Positions 1-13,244 of a stretch of 39,416 nt of DNA are shown here, in pieces. The stretch spans positions 571,270 to 610,685 of the forward strand of contig OZ287702.1 of NCBI GenBank assembly GCA_965649825.1, read 5' to 3'. Under the pieces are notes generated by a model, which had not been told where the DNA came from, did not search any database, and worked only from the letters and a program-made list of their open reading frames with translations. Each line of letters begins with the position of its first letter. Positions within the stretch are counted from its first letter, which is position 1. The position numbers were made by a program, and so were the translations under genes. Source of the stretch: Penicillus capitatus (taxonomy: Eukaryota; Plantae; Chlorophyta).

Positions 1-49
1 CGGGTTACAGCAAGCCTACCCACCCTATGAGGCCACAGTACTGATTTCT

Positions 50-262
50 CACATTGGACCGCTCGGAGCCAACTCTACTTACCGGTTGGTGAGATTCTCC
101 ACTCACATTAGGCTTCTTCATCCACATTGGACCGCTCAAAGCATACCGATTTCTCACATTAGACCGCTCAGAACCAACTCTGCATACCGGTTAGTGAGAT
201 TCTACACTCACATTAGGCTTCTCCATCCACATTGGACCGCTCAAAGCATACTGATTTCTCAC
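50..262. repeat. 105-bp satellite unit (19+32+54 bp); example copies, recurring throughout 1-13,190
   Basis: accggtt(g/a)gtgagattct occurs at 81 and 186, giving a period of 105 bp, which appears as a 35-aa period in the ORF track. Longer runs lie at ~640-1030, 1280-1680, 5650-6130, 9460-9820 and 10080-10560. Confidence 0.95.
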
Positions 263-341
263 ATTTGAACATTTGCGACACCCAAGCAGCCTCATGTGCT
301 GCATACACGTTCTGTTGGGGCGCTTCTCCGCACACATTGGA

Positions 342-600
342 CCCCCCCTTGGGGCCCGTGGGCCGGGTTACAGCAAGCCTACCCCCCCCTTGGGGCCCGT
401 GGGCCGGGTTACAGCAAGCCTACCCCCCCCCTTGGGGCCCGTGGGCCGGGTTACAGCAAGCCTACCCCCCCCCCTTGGGGCCCGTGGGCCGGGTTACAGC
501 AAGCCTACCCCCCCCTTGGGGCCCGTGGGCCGGGTTACAGCAAGCCTACCCCCCCTCGAGGCCCGTGGGCCGGGTTACAGCAGCAAGCCTACCCCCCCTT
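342..600. repeat. ~40-bp GC-rich minisatellite array (C-run-TTGGGGCCCGTGGGCCGGGTTACAGCAAGCCTA); first full example of roughly 18 such blocks
   Basis: Tandem copies with a variable poly-C tract. Other blocks include ~1762-2056, 2958-3345, 4352-4614, 7178-7558, 8455-8832, 11606-11990 and 12851-13068, with about 3-10 copies per block. Confidence 0.95.
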
Positions 601-3600
601 TTGAGGCCGCAGTACTGATTTCTCACATTGGACCGCTCGGAGCCAACTCTACATACCGGTTGGTGAGATTCTCCACTCACATTAGGCCTCTTCATCCACA
701 TTGGACCGCTCAAAGCATACCGATTTCTCACATTGGACCGCTCAGAACCAACTCTACATACCGGTTGGGGTGCTTCTCCACTCACATTAGGCTTCTCCAT
801 CCACATTGGACCGCTCAAAGCATACCGATTTCTCACATTGGACCGCTCAGAACCAACTCTACATACCGGTTGGGTGTTTCTCCACTCACATTAGGCTTCT
901 TCATCCACATTGGACCGCTCAAAGCATACCGATTTCTCACATTGGACCGCTCAGAACCAACTCTACATACCGGTTGGGGTGCTTCTCCACTCACATTAGG
1001 CTTCTCCACTCACATTGGACCGCTCACAGCATACTGTTTTCCCCATTTGAACATGTTCGACACTTAAGCAGCCTCATGTGCTAAATACCCCGTTCTGTTG
1101 GGGCGCTTCTCCACACACATTAAGCTTCTCCACTCACATTGGACCGCTCAAAGCATATTGTTTTCTCACATTGGACCGCTCAAAGCATACTGATTCCTCA
1201 CATTGGACCGCTCAAAGCATACTGATTCCTCACATCGGACGCTCAAAGCATACTGATTTCTCACATTGGACCACTCAGAACCAACTCTGCATACCGGTTG
1301 GTGAGATTCTCCACTCACATTAGGCTTCTTCATCCACATTGGACCGCTCAAAGCATACCGATTTCTCACATTAGACCGCTCAGAACCAACTCTGCATACC
1401 GGTTGGTGAGATTCTACACTCACGCTAGGCTTTTCCATCCACATTGGACCGCTCAAAGCATACCGATTTCTCACATTGGACTGCTCACGGCTTACTCTAC
1501 ATACCGGTTGGTGAGATTCTCCACTCACATTAGGCTTCTTCATCCACATTGGACCGCTCAAAGCATACCGATTTCTCACATTAGACCGCTCAGAACCAAC
1601 TCTGCATACCGGTTAGTGAGATTCTACACTCACATTAGGCTTCTCCATCCACATTGGACCGCTCAAAGCATACTGATTTCTCACACTTGAACATTTGCGA
1701 CACCCAAGCAGCCTCATGTGCTACATACCCGTTCTGTTGGGGCGCTTCTCCGCACACATTGGACCCCCCTTTTAGGCCCGTGGGCCGGGTTACAGCAAGC
1801 CTACCCCCCCTTGGGGCCCGTGGGCCGGGTTACAGCAAGCCTACCCCCCCTTGGGGCCCGTGGGCCGGGTTACAGCAAGCCTACCCCCCTTGGGGCCCGT
1901 GGGCCGGGTTACAGCAAGCCTACCCACCCCCCTTGGGGCCCGTGGGCCGGGTTACAGCAAGCCTACCCCCCCTTGGGGCCCGTGGGCCGGGTTACAGCAA
2001 GCCTACCCCCCCCCTTTGGGGCCCGTGGGCCGGGTTACAGCAAGCCTACCCACCCTATGAGGCCACAGTACTGATTTCTCACATTGGACCGCTCGGAGCC
2101 AACTCTACTTACCGGTTGGTGAGATTCTCCACTCACATTAGGCTTCTTCATCCACATTGGACCGCTCAAAGCATACCGATTTCTCACATTAGACCGCTCA
2201 GAACCAACTCTGCATACCGGTTAGTGAGATTCTACACTCACATTAGGCTTCTCCATCCACATTGGACCGCTCGGAGCATACCGATTTCTCACACTTGAAC
2301 ATTTGCGACACCCAAGCAGCCTCATGTGCTACATACCCGTTCTGTTGGGGCGCTTCTCCGCACACATTGGACCCCCTTTTAGGCCCGTGGGCCGGGTTAC
2401 AGCAAGCCTACCCCCCCTTGGGGCCCGTGGGCCGGGTTACAGCAAGCCTACCCCCCCTTGGGGCCCGTGGGCCGGGTTACAGCAAGCCTACCCCCCTTGG
2501 GGCCCGTGGGCCGGGTTACAGCAAGCCTACCCACCCTATGAGGCCACAGTACTGATTTCTCACATTGGACCGCTCAGAACCAACTCTGCATACCGGTTAG
2601 TGAGATTCTACACTCACATTAGGCTTCTCCATCCACATTGGACCGCTCAAAGCATACTGATTTCTCACATTTGAACATTTGCGACACCCAAGCAGCCTCA
2701 TGTGCTACATACACGTTCTGTTGGGGCGCTTCTCCGCACACATTGGACCGCTCGGAGCATACCGATTTCTCACATTAGACCGCTCAGAACCAACTCTGCA
2801 TACCGGTTGGTGAGATTCTACACTCACGCTAGGCTTTTCCATCCACATTAGACCGCTCATAGCATACTGATTTCTCACATTTGAACATTTGCGACACCCA
2901 AGCAGCCTCATGATGTCTACATACACGTTCTGTTGGGGCGCTTCTCCGCACACATTGGACCCCCCCCTTGGGGCCCGTGGGCCGGGTTACAGCAAGCCTA
3001 CCCCCCCCCTTGGGGCCCGTGGGCCGGGTTACAGCAAGCCTACCCCCCCCCTTGGGGCCCGTGGGCCGGGTTACAGCAAGCCTACCCCCCCCCTTGGGGC
3101 CCGTGGGCCGGGTTACAGCAAGCCTACCCCCCCCTTGGGGCCCGTGGGCCGGGTTACAGCAAGCCTACCCCCCCCTTGGGGCCCGTGGGCCGGGTTACAG
3201 CAAGCCTACCCCCCCCCCTTGGGGCCCCGTGGGCCGGGTTACAGCAAGCCTACCCCCCCCCTTGGGGCCCGTGGGCCGGGTTACAGCAAGCCTACCCCCC
3301 CCCCTTGGGGCCCGTGGGCCGGGTTACAGCAAGCCTACCCACCCTATGAGGCCACAGTACTGATTTCTCACATTGGACCGCTCGGAGCCAACTCTACTTA
3401 CCGGTTGGTGAGATTCTCCACTCACATTAGGCTTCTTCATCCACATTGGACCGCTCAAAGCATACCGATTTCTCACATTAGACCGCTCAGAACCAACTCT
3501 GCATACCGGTTAGTGAGATTCTACACTCACATTAGGCTTCTCCATCCACATTGGACCGCTCAAAGCATACTGATTTCTCACACTTGAACATTTGCGACAC

Positions 3601-4099
3601 CCAAGCAGCCTCATGTGCTACATACCCGTTCTGTTGGGGCGCTTCTCCGCACACATTGGACCCCCCTTTTAGGCCCGTGGGCCGGGTTACAGCAAGCCTA
3701 CCCCCCCTTGGGGCCCGTGGGCCGGGTTACAGCAAGCCTACCCCCCCTTGGGGCCCGTGGGCCGGGTTACAGCAAGCCTACCCCCCTTGGGGCCCGTGGG
3801 CCGGGGTTACAGCAAGCCTACCCACCCTATGAGGCCACAGTACTGATTTCTCACATTGGACCGCTCGGAGCCAACTCTACATACCGGTTGGTGAGATTCT
3901 CCACTCACATTAGGCTTCTTCATCCACATTGGACCGCTCAAAGCATACCGATTTCTCACATTAGACCGCTCAGAACCAACTCTGCATACCGGTTGGTGAG
4001 ATTCTACACTCACGCTAGGCTTTTCCATCCACATTAGACCGCTCATAGCATACTGATTTCTCACATTTGAACATTTGCGACACCCAAGCAGCCTCATGT

Positions 4100-7000
4100 G
4101 CTACATACACGTTCTGTTGGGGCGCTTCTCCGCACACATTGGACCGCTCGGAGCATACCGATTTCTCACATTAGACCGCTCAGAACCAACTCTGCATACC
4201 GGTTGGTGAGATTCTACACTCACGCTAGGCTTTTCCATCCACATTAGACCGCTCATAGCATACTGATTTCTCACATTTGAACATTTGCGACACCCAAGCA
4301 GCCTCATGTGCTACATACACGTTCTGTTGGGGCGCTTCTCCGCACACATTGGACCCCCCCCCTTGGGGCCCGTGGGCCGGGTTACAGCAAGCCTACCCCC
4401 CCCCTTGGGGCCCGTGGGCCGGGTTACAGCAAGCCTACCCCCCCCCCCTTGGGGCCCGTGGGCCGGGTTACAGCAAGCCTACCCCCCCCCCTTGGGGCCC
4501 GTGGGCCGGGTTACAGCAAGCCTACCCCCCTTGGGGCCCGTGGGCCGGGTTACAGCAAGCCTACCCCCCCCTTTGGGGCCCGTGGGCCGGGTTACAGCAA
4601 GCCTACCCACCCTATGAGGCCACAGTACTGATTTCTCACATTGGACCGCTCGGAGCCAACTCTACTTACCGGTTGGTGAGATTCTCCACTCACATTAGGC
4701 TTCTTCATCCACATTGGACCGCTCAAAGCATACCGATTTCTCACATTAGACCGCTCAGAACCAACTCTGCATACCGGTTAGTGAGATTCTACACTCACAT
4801 TAGGCTTCTCCATCCACATTGGACCGCTCAAAGCATACTGATTTCTCACATTTGAACATTTGCGACACCCAAGCAGCCTCATGTGCTGCATACACGTTCT
4901 GTTGGGGCGCTTCTCCGCACACATTGGACCCCCCCTTGGGGCCCGTGGGCCGGGTTACAGCAAGCCTACCCCCCCCTTGGGGCCCGTGGGCCGGGTTACA
5001 GCAAGCCTACCCCCCCCCCTTGGGGCCCGTGGGCCGGGTTACAGCAAGCCTACCCCCCCCCCCTTGGGGCCCGTGGGCCGGGTTACAGCAAGCCTACCCC
5101 CCCCCTTGGGGCCCGTGGGCCGGGTTACAGCAAGCCTACCCCCCCTCGAGGCCCGTGGGCCGGGTTACAGCAGCAAGCCTACCCCCCCTTTTGAGGCCGC
5201 AGTACTGATTTCTCACATTGGACCGCTCGGAGCCAACTCTACATACCGGTTGGTGAGATTCTCCACTCACATTAGGCCTCTTCATCCACATTGGACCGCT
5301 CAAAGCATACCGATTTCTCACATTGGACCGCTCAGAACCAACTCTACATACCGGTTGGGGTGCTTCTCCACTCACATTAGGCTTCTCCACTCACATTGGA
5401 CCGCTCACAGCATACTGTTTTCCCCATTTGAACATGTTCGACACTTAAGCAGCCTCATGTGCTAAATACCCGTTCTGTTGGGGCGCTTCTCCACACACAT
5501 TAAGCTTCTCCACTCACATTGGACCGCTCAAAGCATATTGTTTTCTCACATTGGACCGCTCAAAGCATACTGATTCCTCACATTGGACCGCTCAAAGCAT
5601 ACTGATTCCTCACATCGGACCGCTCAAAGCATACTGATTTCTCACATTGGACCACTCAGAACCAACTCTGCATACCGGTTGGTGCGATTCTCCACTCACA
5701 TTAGGCTTCTCCGCTCACCTTGGACCGCTCAAAGCATACTGATTTCTCACATCGGACCGCTCAGGGCCTGCTCTACATACCGGTTGGTGAGATTCTCCAC
5801 TCACATTAGGCTTCTCCATCCACATTGGACCGCTCGGAGCATATTGATTTCTCACATTGGACCGCTCAAAGCATACTCTACATACCGGTTGGTGAGATTC
5901 TCCACTCACATTAGGCTTCTTCATCCACATTGGACCGCTCGGAGCATATTGATTTCTCACATTAGACCGCTCAGAACCAACTCTGCATACCGGTTGGTGA
6001 GATTCTCCACTCACATTAGGCTTCTTCATCCACATTGGACCGCTCGGAGCATATTGATTTCTCACATTAGACCGCTCAGAACCAACTCTGCATACCGGTT
6101 GGTGAGATTCTCCACTCACATTAGGCTTCTCCACTCACATTAGACCGCTCAAAGCATATTGATTTCTCACATTGGACCGCTCGGAGCATATTGATTTCTC
6201 CATTTGAACATGTCCGACGCCCAAGCAGCCTCATGTGCTACATACCCGTTCTGTTGGGGCGCTTCTGCACACACATTGGACCCCCCCCCTTGGGGCTCGT
6301 AGGCCGGGTTGCAGCAAGCCTACCCCCTTTTGGAGCTCGAGGGCCGGGTTACAGCAAGCCTACCCTCCTTGAGGCTCGAGGGCCGGGTTTTAGCAAGCCT
6401 ACCCTCCTTGAGGCTCGAGGGCCGGGTTTCAGCAAGCCTACCGCCCTATTTTGAGGCCGCAGTACCGATTTCTAATATTGGACCGCCCAGGGCCTACTCT
6501 ACATACCGGTTGGTGAGATTCTCCACTCACATTAGGCTTTTCCATCCACATTAGACCGCTCACAGCATACGGATTTCTCACATTGGACCGCTCAGAGCAT
6601 ACTGATTTCCCCATTTGAACATGTACGACACCCACTACATACCCGTTCTGTTGGGGCGCTTCTCCACACACATTGGAACCCCCCTTGGGGCCCGTGGGCC
6701 GGGTTACAGCAAGCCTACCCCCTCCCTTTTGGAGCTCGAGGGCCGGGTTAGAGCAAGCCTACCCCCCCCTTGGGGCCCGTGGGCCGGGTTGCAGCAAGCC
6801 TACCCCCCTTTAAGGCCTGTGGGCCGGGTTGCAGCAAGCCTACCCCCTTGTGGCCCGAGGGCCGGGTTACAACAAGCCTACCCCCCCTTTTGGAGCTCGA
6901 GGGCCGGGTTACAGCAAGCCTACCGCCCTATTTTGAGGCCGCAGTACCGATTTCTCATATTGGACCGCCCAAGGCCTACTCTACATACATGTTGGGGTGA

Positions 7001-10000
7001 TTCTCCACTCACATTAGGCTTCTTCTTCTCCACTCACATTTGACCGCTCGGAGCATACGGATTTCTCACATTGGACCGCTCACAGCATACTGATTTCCCC
7101 ATTTGAAAATGTACGACACCCAAGCAGCCTCATGTGCTACATACCCGTTCTGTTGAGGCGCTTCTGCACACACATTGGACCCCCCCTTGGGGCCCGTGGG
7201 CCGGGTTGCAGCAAGCCTACCCCCTCCCTTTTGGAGCTCGAGGGCCGGGTTGCAGCAAGCCTACCCCCCCCTTTAAGGCCCGTGGGCCGGGTTGCAGCAA
7301 GCCTACCACCCTTTTGGAGCTCGAGAGCCGGGTTACAGCAAGCCTACCCCCCCCTTTAAGGCCCGTGGGCCGGGTTGCAGCAAGCCTACCACCCTTTTGG
7401 AGCTCGAGAGCCGGGTTACAGCAAGCCTACCCCCCTTTTGGAGCTCGAGGGCCGGGTTGCAGCAAGCCTACCCCCCCTTTTGGAGCTCGAGGGCCGGGTT
7501 ACAGCAAGCCTACCCTCCTTGAGGCTCGAGGGCCGGGTTTCAGCAAGCCTACCGCCCTATTTTGAGGCCGCAGTACCGATTTCTAATATTGGACCGCCCA
7601 GGGCCTACTCTACATACCGGTTGGTGAGATTCTCCACTCACATTAGGCTTCTTCTCCACTCACATTTGACCGCTCGGAGCATACGGATTTCTCACATTGG
7701 ACCGCTCAGAGCATACTGATTTCCCTATTTGAAGATGTACGACACCCAAGCAGCCTCATGTGCTACATACCCGTTCTGTTGGGGCGCTTCTCCACACACA
7801 TTGGACCCCCCTTGGGGCCCGTGGGCCGGGTTACAGCAAGCCTACCCCCCCTTGGGGCCCGTGGGCCGGGTTACAGCAAGCCTACCCCCCTTGGGGCCCG
7901 TGGGCCGGGTTACAGCAAGCCTACCCACCCTATGAGGCCACAGTACTGATTTCTCACATTAGACCGCTCAGAACCAACTCTGCATACCGGTTGGTGAGAT
8001 TCTCCACTCACATTAGGCTTCTTCATCCACATTGGACCGCTCAAAGCATACCGATTTCTCACATTAGACCGCTCAGAACCAACTCTGCATACCGGTTGGT
8101 GAGATTCTACACTCACGCTAGGCTTTTCCATCCACATTAGACCGCTCATAGCATACTGATTTCTCACATTTGAACATTTGCGACACCCAAGCAGCCTCAT
8201 GTGCTACATACACGTTCTGTTGGGGCGCTTCTCCGCACACATTGGACCGCTCGGAGCATACCGATTTCTCACATTAGACCGCTCAGAACCAACTCTGCAT
8301 ACCGGTTGGTGAGATTCTACACTCACGCTAGGCTTTTCCATCCACATTAGACCGCTCATAGCATACTGATTTCTCACATTTGAACATTTGCGACACCCAA
8401 GCAGCCTCATGTGCTACATACACGTTCTGTTGGGGCGCTTCTCCGCACACATTGGACCCCCCTTGGGGCCCGTGGGCCGGGTTACAGCAAGCCTACCCCC
8501 CCCCTTGGGGCCCGTGGGCCGGGTTACAGCAAGCCTACCCCCCCCCTTGGGGCCCGTGGGCCGGGTTACAGCAAGCCTACCCCCCCCTTGGGGCCCGTGG
8601 GCCGGGTTACAGCAAGCCTACCCCCCCCTTGGGGCCCGTGGGCCGGGTTACAGCAAGCCTACCCACCCCCCTTGGGGCCCGTGGGCCGGGTTACAGCAAG
8701 CCTACCCCCCCTTGGGGCCCGTGGGCCGGGTTACAGCAAGCCTACCCCCCTTGGGGCCCGTGGGCCGGGTTACAGCAAGCCTACCCCCCCTTTGGGGCCC
8801 GTGGGCCGGGTTACAGCAAGCCTACCCACCCTATGAGGCCACAGTACTGATTTCTCACATTGGACCGCTCGGAGCCAACTCTACTTACCGGTTGGTGAGA
8901 TTCTCCACTCACATTAGGCTTCTTCATCCACATTGGACCGCTCAAAGCATACCGATTTCTCACATTAGACCGCTCAGAACCAACTCTGCATACCGGTTAG
9001 TGAGATTCTACACTCACATTAGGCTTCTCCATCCACATTGGACCGCTCAAAGCATACTGATTTCTCACATTTGAACATTTGCGACACCCAAGCAGCCTCA
9101 TGTGCTGCATACACGTTCTGTTGGGGCGCTTCTCCGCACACATTGGACCCCCCCTTGGGGCCCGTGGGCCGGGTTACAGCAAGCCCACCCCCCCCCCTTG
9201 GGGCCCGTGGGCCGGGTTACAGCAAGCCTACCCCCCCCTTGGGGCCCGTGGGCCGGGTTACAGCAAGCCTACCCCCCCCCTTGGGGCCCGTGGGCCGGGT
9301 TACAGCAAGCCTACCCCCCCCCCTTGGGGCCCGTGGGCCGGGTTACAGCAAGCCTACCCCCCCTCGAGGCCCGTGGGCCGGGTTACAGCAGCAAGCCTAC
9401 CCCCCCTTTTGAGGCCGCAGTACTGATTTCTCACATTGGACCGCTCGGAGCCAACTCTACATACCGGTTGGTGAGATTCTCCACTCACATTAGGCCTCTT
9501 CATCCACATTGGACCGCTCAAAGCATACCGATTTCTCACATTGGACCGCTCAGAACCAACTCTACATACCGGTTGGGGTGCTTCTCCACTCACATTAGGC
9601 TTCTCCATCCACATTGGACCGCTCAAAGCATACCGATTTCTCACATTGGACCGCTCAGAACCAACTCTACATACCGGTTGGGGTGTTTCTCCACTCACAT
9701 TAGGCTTCTTCATCCACATTGGACCGCTCAAAGCATACCGATTTCTCACATTGGACCGCTCAGAACCAACTCTACATACCGGTTGGGGTGCTTCTCCACT
9801 CACATTAGGCTTCTCCACTCACATTGGACCGCTCACAGCATACTGTTTTCCCCATTTGAACATGTTCGACACTTAAGCAGCCTCATGTGCTAAATACCCG
9901 TTCTGTTGGGGCGCTTCTCCACACACATTAAGCTTCTCCACTCACATTGGACCGCTCAAAGCATATTGTTTTCTCACATTGGACCGCTCAAAGCATACTG

Positions 10001-12800
10001 ATTCCTCACATTGGACCGCTCAAAGCATACTGATTCCTCACATCGGACCGCTCAAAGCATACTGATTTCTCACATTGGACCACTCAGAACCAACTCTGCA
10101 TACCGGTTGGTGCGATTCTCCACTCACATTAGGCTTCTCCGCTCACCTTGGACCGCTCAAAGCATACTGATTTCTCACATCGGACCGCTCAGGGCCTGCT
10201 CTACATACCGGTTGGTGAGATTCTCCACTCACATTAGGCTTCTCCATCCACATTGGACCGCTCGGAGCATATTGATTTCTCACATTGGACCGCTCAAAGC
10301 ATACTCTACATACCGGTTGGTGAGATTCTCCACTCACATTAGGCTTCTTCATCCACATTGGACCGCTCGGAGCATATTGATTTCTCACATTAGACCGCTC
10401 AGAACCAACTCTGCATACCGGTTGGTGAGATTCTCCACTCACATTAGGCTTCTTCATCCACATTGGACCGCTCGGAGCATATTGATTTCTCACATTAGAC
10501 CGCTCAGAACCAACTCTGCATACCGGTTGGTGAGATTCTCCACTCACATTAGGCTTCTCCACTCACATTAGACCGCTCAAAGCATATTGATTTCTCACAT
10601 TGGACCGCTCGGAGCATATTGATTTCTCCATTTGAACATGTCCGACGCCCAAGCAGCCTCATGTGCTACATACCCGTTCTGTTGGGGCGCTTCTGCACAC
10701 ACATTGGACCCCCCCCTTGGGGCTCGTAGGCCGGGTTGCAGCAAGCCTACCCCCTTTTGGAGCTCGAGGGCCGGGTTACAGCAAGCCTACCCTCCTTGAG
10801 GCTCGAGGGCCGGGTTTTAGCAAGCCTACCCTCCTTGAGGCTCGAGGGCCGGGTTTCAGCAAGCCTACCGCCCTATTTTGAGGCCGCAGTACCGATTTCT
10901 AATATTGGACCGCCCAGGGCCTACTCTACATACCGGTTGGTGAGATTCTCCACTCACATTAGGCTTTTCCATCCACATTAGACCGCTCACAGCATACGGA
11001 TTTCTCACATTGGACCGCTCAGAGCATACTGATTTCCCCATTTGAACATGTACGACACCCACTACATACCCGTTCTGTTGGGGCGCTTCTCCACACACAT
11101 TGGAACCCCCCTTGGGGCCCGTGGGCCGGGTTACAGCAAGCCTACCCCCTCCCTTTTGGAGCTCGAGGGCCGGGTTAGAGCAAGCCTACCCCCCCTTGGG
11201 GCCCGTGGGCCGGGTTGCAGCAAGCCTACCCCCCTTTAAGGCCTGTGGGCCGGGTTGCAGCAAGCCTACCCCCTTGTGGCCCGAGGGCCGGGTTACAACA
11301 AGCCTACCCCCCCCCTTTTGGAGCTCGAGGGCCGGGTTACAGCAAGCCTACCGCCCTATTTTGAGGCCGCAGTACCGATTTCTCATATTGGACCGCCCAA
11401 GGCCTACTCTACATACATGTTGGGGTGATTCTCCACTCACATTAGGCTTCTTCTTCTCCACTCACATTTGACCGCTCGGAGCATACGGATTTCTCACATT
11501 GGACCGCTCACAGCATACTGATTTCCCCATTTGAAAATGTACGACACCCAAGCAGCCTCATGTGCTACATACCCGTTCTGTTGAGGCGCTTCTGCACACA
11601 CATTGGACCCCCCCTTGGGGCCCGTGGGCCGGGTTGCAGCAAGCCTACCCCCTCCCTTTTGGAGCTCGAGGGCCGGGTTACAGCAAGCCTACCCCCCCCT
11701 TTTGGAGCTCGAGGGCCGGGTTACAGCAAGCCTACCCCCTCCCTTTTGGAGCTCGAGGGCCGGGTTGCAGCAAGCCTACCCCCCCCTTTAAGGCCCGTGG
11801 GCCGGGTTGCAGCAAGCCTACCACCCTTTTGGAGCTCGAGAGCCGGGTTACAGCAAGCCTACCCCCCTTTTGGAGCTCGAGGGCCGGGTTGCAGCAAGCC
11901 TACCCCCCCTTTTGGAGCTCGAGGGCCGGGTTACAGCAAGCCTACCCTCCTTGAGGCTCGAGGGCCGGGTTTCAGCAAGCCTACCGCCCTATTTTGAGGC
12001 CGCAGTACCGATTTCTAATATTGGACCGCCCAGGGCCTACTCTACATACCGGTTGGTGAGATTCTCCACTCACATTAGGCTTCTTCTCCACTCACATTTG
12101 ACCGCTCGGAGCATACGGATTTCTCACATTGGACCGCTCAGAGCATACTGATTTCCCTATTTGAAGATGTACGACACCCAAGCAGCCTCATGTGCTACAT
12201 ACCCGTTCTGTTGGGGCGCTTCTCCACACACATTGGACCCCCCTTGCGGCCCGTGGGCCGGGTTGCAGCAAGCCTACCCCCTTGTGGCCCGAGGGCCGGG
12301 TTGCAGCAAGCCTACCCCCCTTGTGGCCCGAGTGCCGGGTTGCAGCAAGCCTACCCCCCTTGTGGCCCGAGGGCCGGGTTACGCCAAGCCTACCCCCCTT
12401 TTCGAGGCCGCAGTACCGATTTCTCACATTGGACTGCTCACGGCTTACTCTACATACCGGTTGGTGAGATTCTCCACTCACATTAGGCTTCTCCACTCAC
12501 ATTGGACCGCTCAAAGCATATTGATTTCTCACATTAGACCGCTCAGAGCATACGGATTTCACCATTTAAACATTTGCGACACCCAAGCAGCCTCATGTGC
12601 TACATACCCGTTCTGTTTGGGCGCTTCTCCGCACACATTGGACCGCTCGGAGCATACCGATTTCTCACATTAGACCGCTCAGAACCAACTCTGCATACCG
12701 GTTGGTGAGATTCTACACTCACGCTAGGCTTTTTCATCCACATTAGACCGCTCATAGCATACTGATTTCTCACACTTGAACATTTGCGACACCCAAGCAG
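4100..12800. repeat. Higher-order repeat: two near-complete ~4.1-4.4 kb copies, plus a partial third copy at 1-~1300
   Basis: Identical ORF translations recur at 5583/10011, 6438/10865 and 7132/11560 (offsets 4427-4428). A diagnostic CAGCAG duplication in the 40-mer occurs at 578, 5168 and 9386. Confidence 0.9.
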
Positions 12801-13244
12801 CCTCATGTGCTACATACACGTTCTGTTGGGGCGCTTCTCCGCACACATTGGACCCCCCCTTGGGGCCCGTGGGCCGGGTTACAGCAAGCCTACCCCCCCC
12901 CTTGGGGCCCGTGGGCCGGGTTACAGCAAGCCTACCCCCCCCCTTGGGGCCCGTGGGCCGGGTTACAGCAAGCCTACCCCCCCCCTTGGGGCCCGTGGGC
13001 CGGGTTACAGCAAGCCTAACCCCTCCCTTTGGGGCCCGTGGGCCGGGTTACAGCAAGCCTACCCACCCTATGAGGCCACAGTACTGATTTCTCACATTGG
13101 ACCGCTCGGAGCCAACTCTACTTACCGGTTGGTGAGATTCTCTACTCACATTAGACCGCTCACAGCATACTGATTTCTCATCTTTGAACAGATTCAACAT
13201 CAGATCAGCTTCATGTGTTCGTGAACTTGACAGATGATGCGCGA

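Larger units (their letters stand above)
1..13190. repeat. Complex hierarchical satellite array (subtelomeric- or centromeric-type), running off the left edge of the window
   Basis: The whole interval is made of a few modules that each begin CACATT: 19-mer cacattaggcttcttcatc, 32-mer cacattggaccgctcaaagcatactgatttct, 54-mer cacatt(a/g)gaccgctcagaaccaactctgcataccggttggtgagattctccact, a ~73-bp linker, and ~40-mer arrays. Unique sequence begins at ~13,190-13,220. Confidence 0.97.

Noticed and set aside
342-13068. CRISPR-like repeat-spacer array (constant GGGCCGGGTTACAGCAAGCCTACC plus a variable segment)
   Set aside because: The variable segments are a handful of point variants of one sequence rather than unique spacers, no cas-like genes are present, and the context is eukaryotic.
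86-13173. Dozens of Pro/Gly-rich or RLVRFSTHIR-repeat ORFs (up to 264 aa) in the satellite, including frames open on both strands of the 105-bp unit
   Set aside because: Poly-C length changes switch frames at random, all three frames give the same peptides, and the 32-mer is not a multiple of three. The 105-bp period trivially propagates any stop-free frame.
1-13190. Telomere-like words (GGGTTA in the 40-mer, TTAGGC in the 19-mer)
   Set aside because: There is only one copy per unit and they are never tandem, so this is not a telomeric tract.
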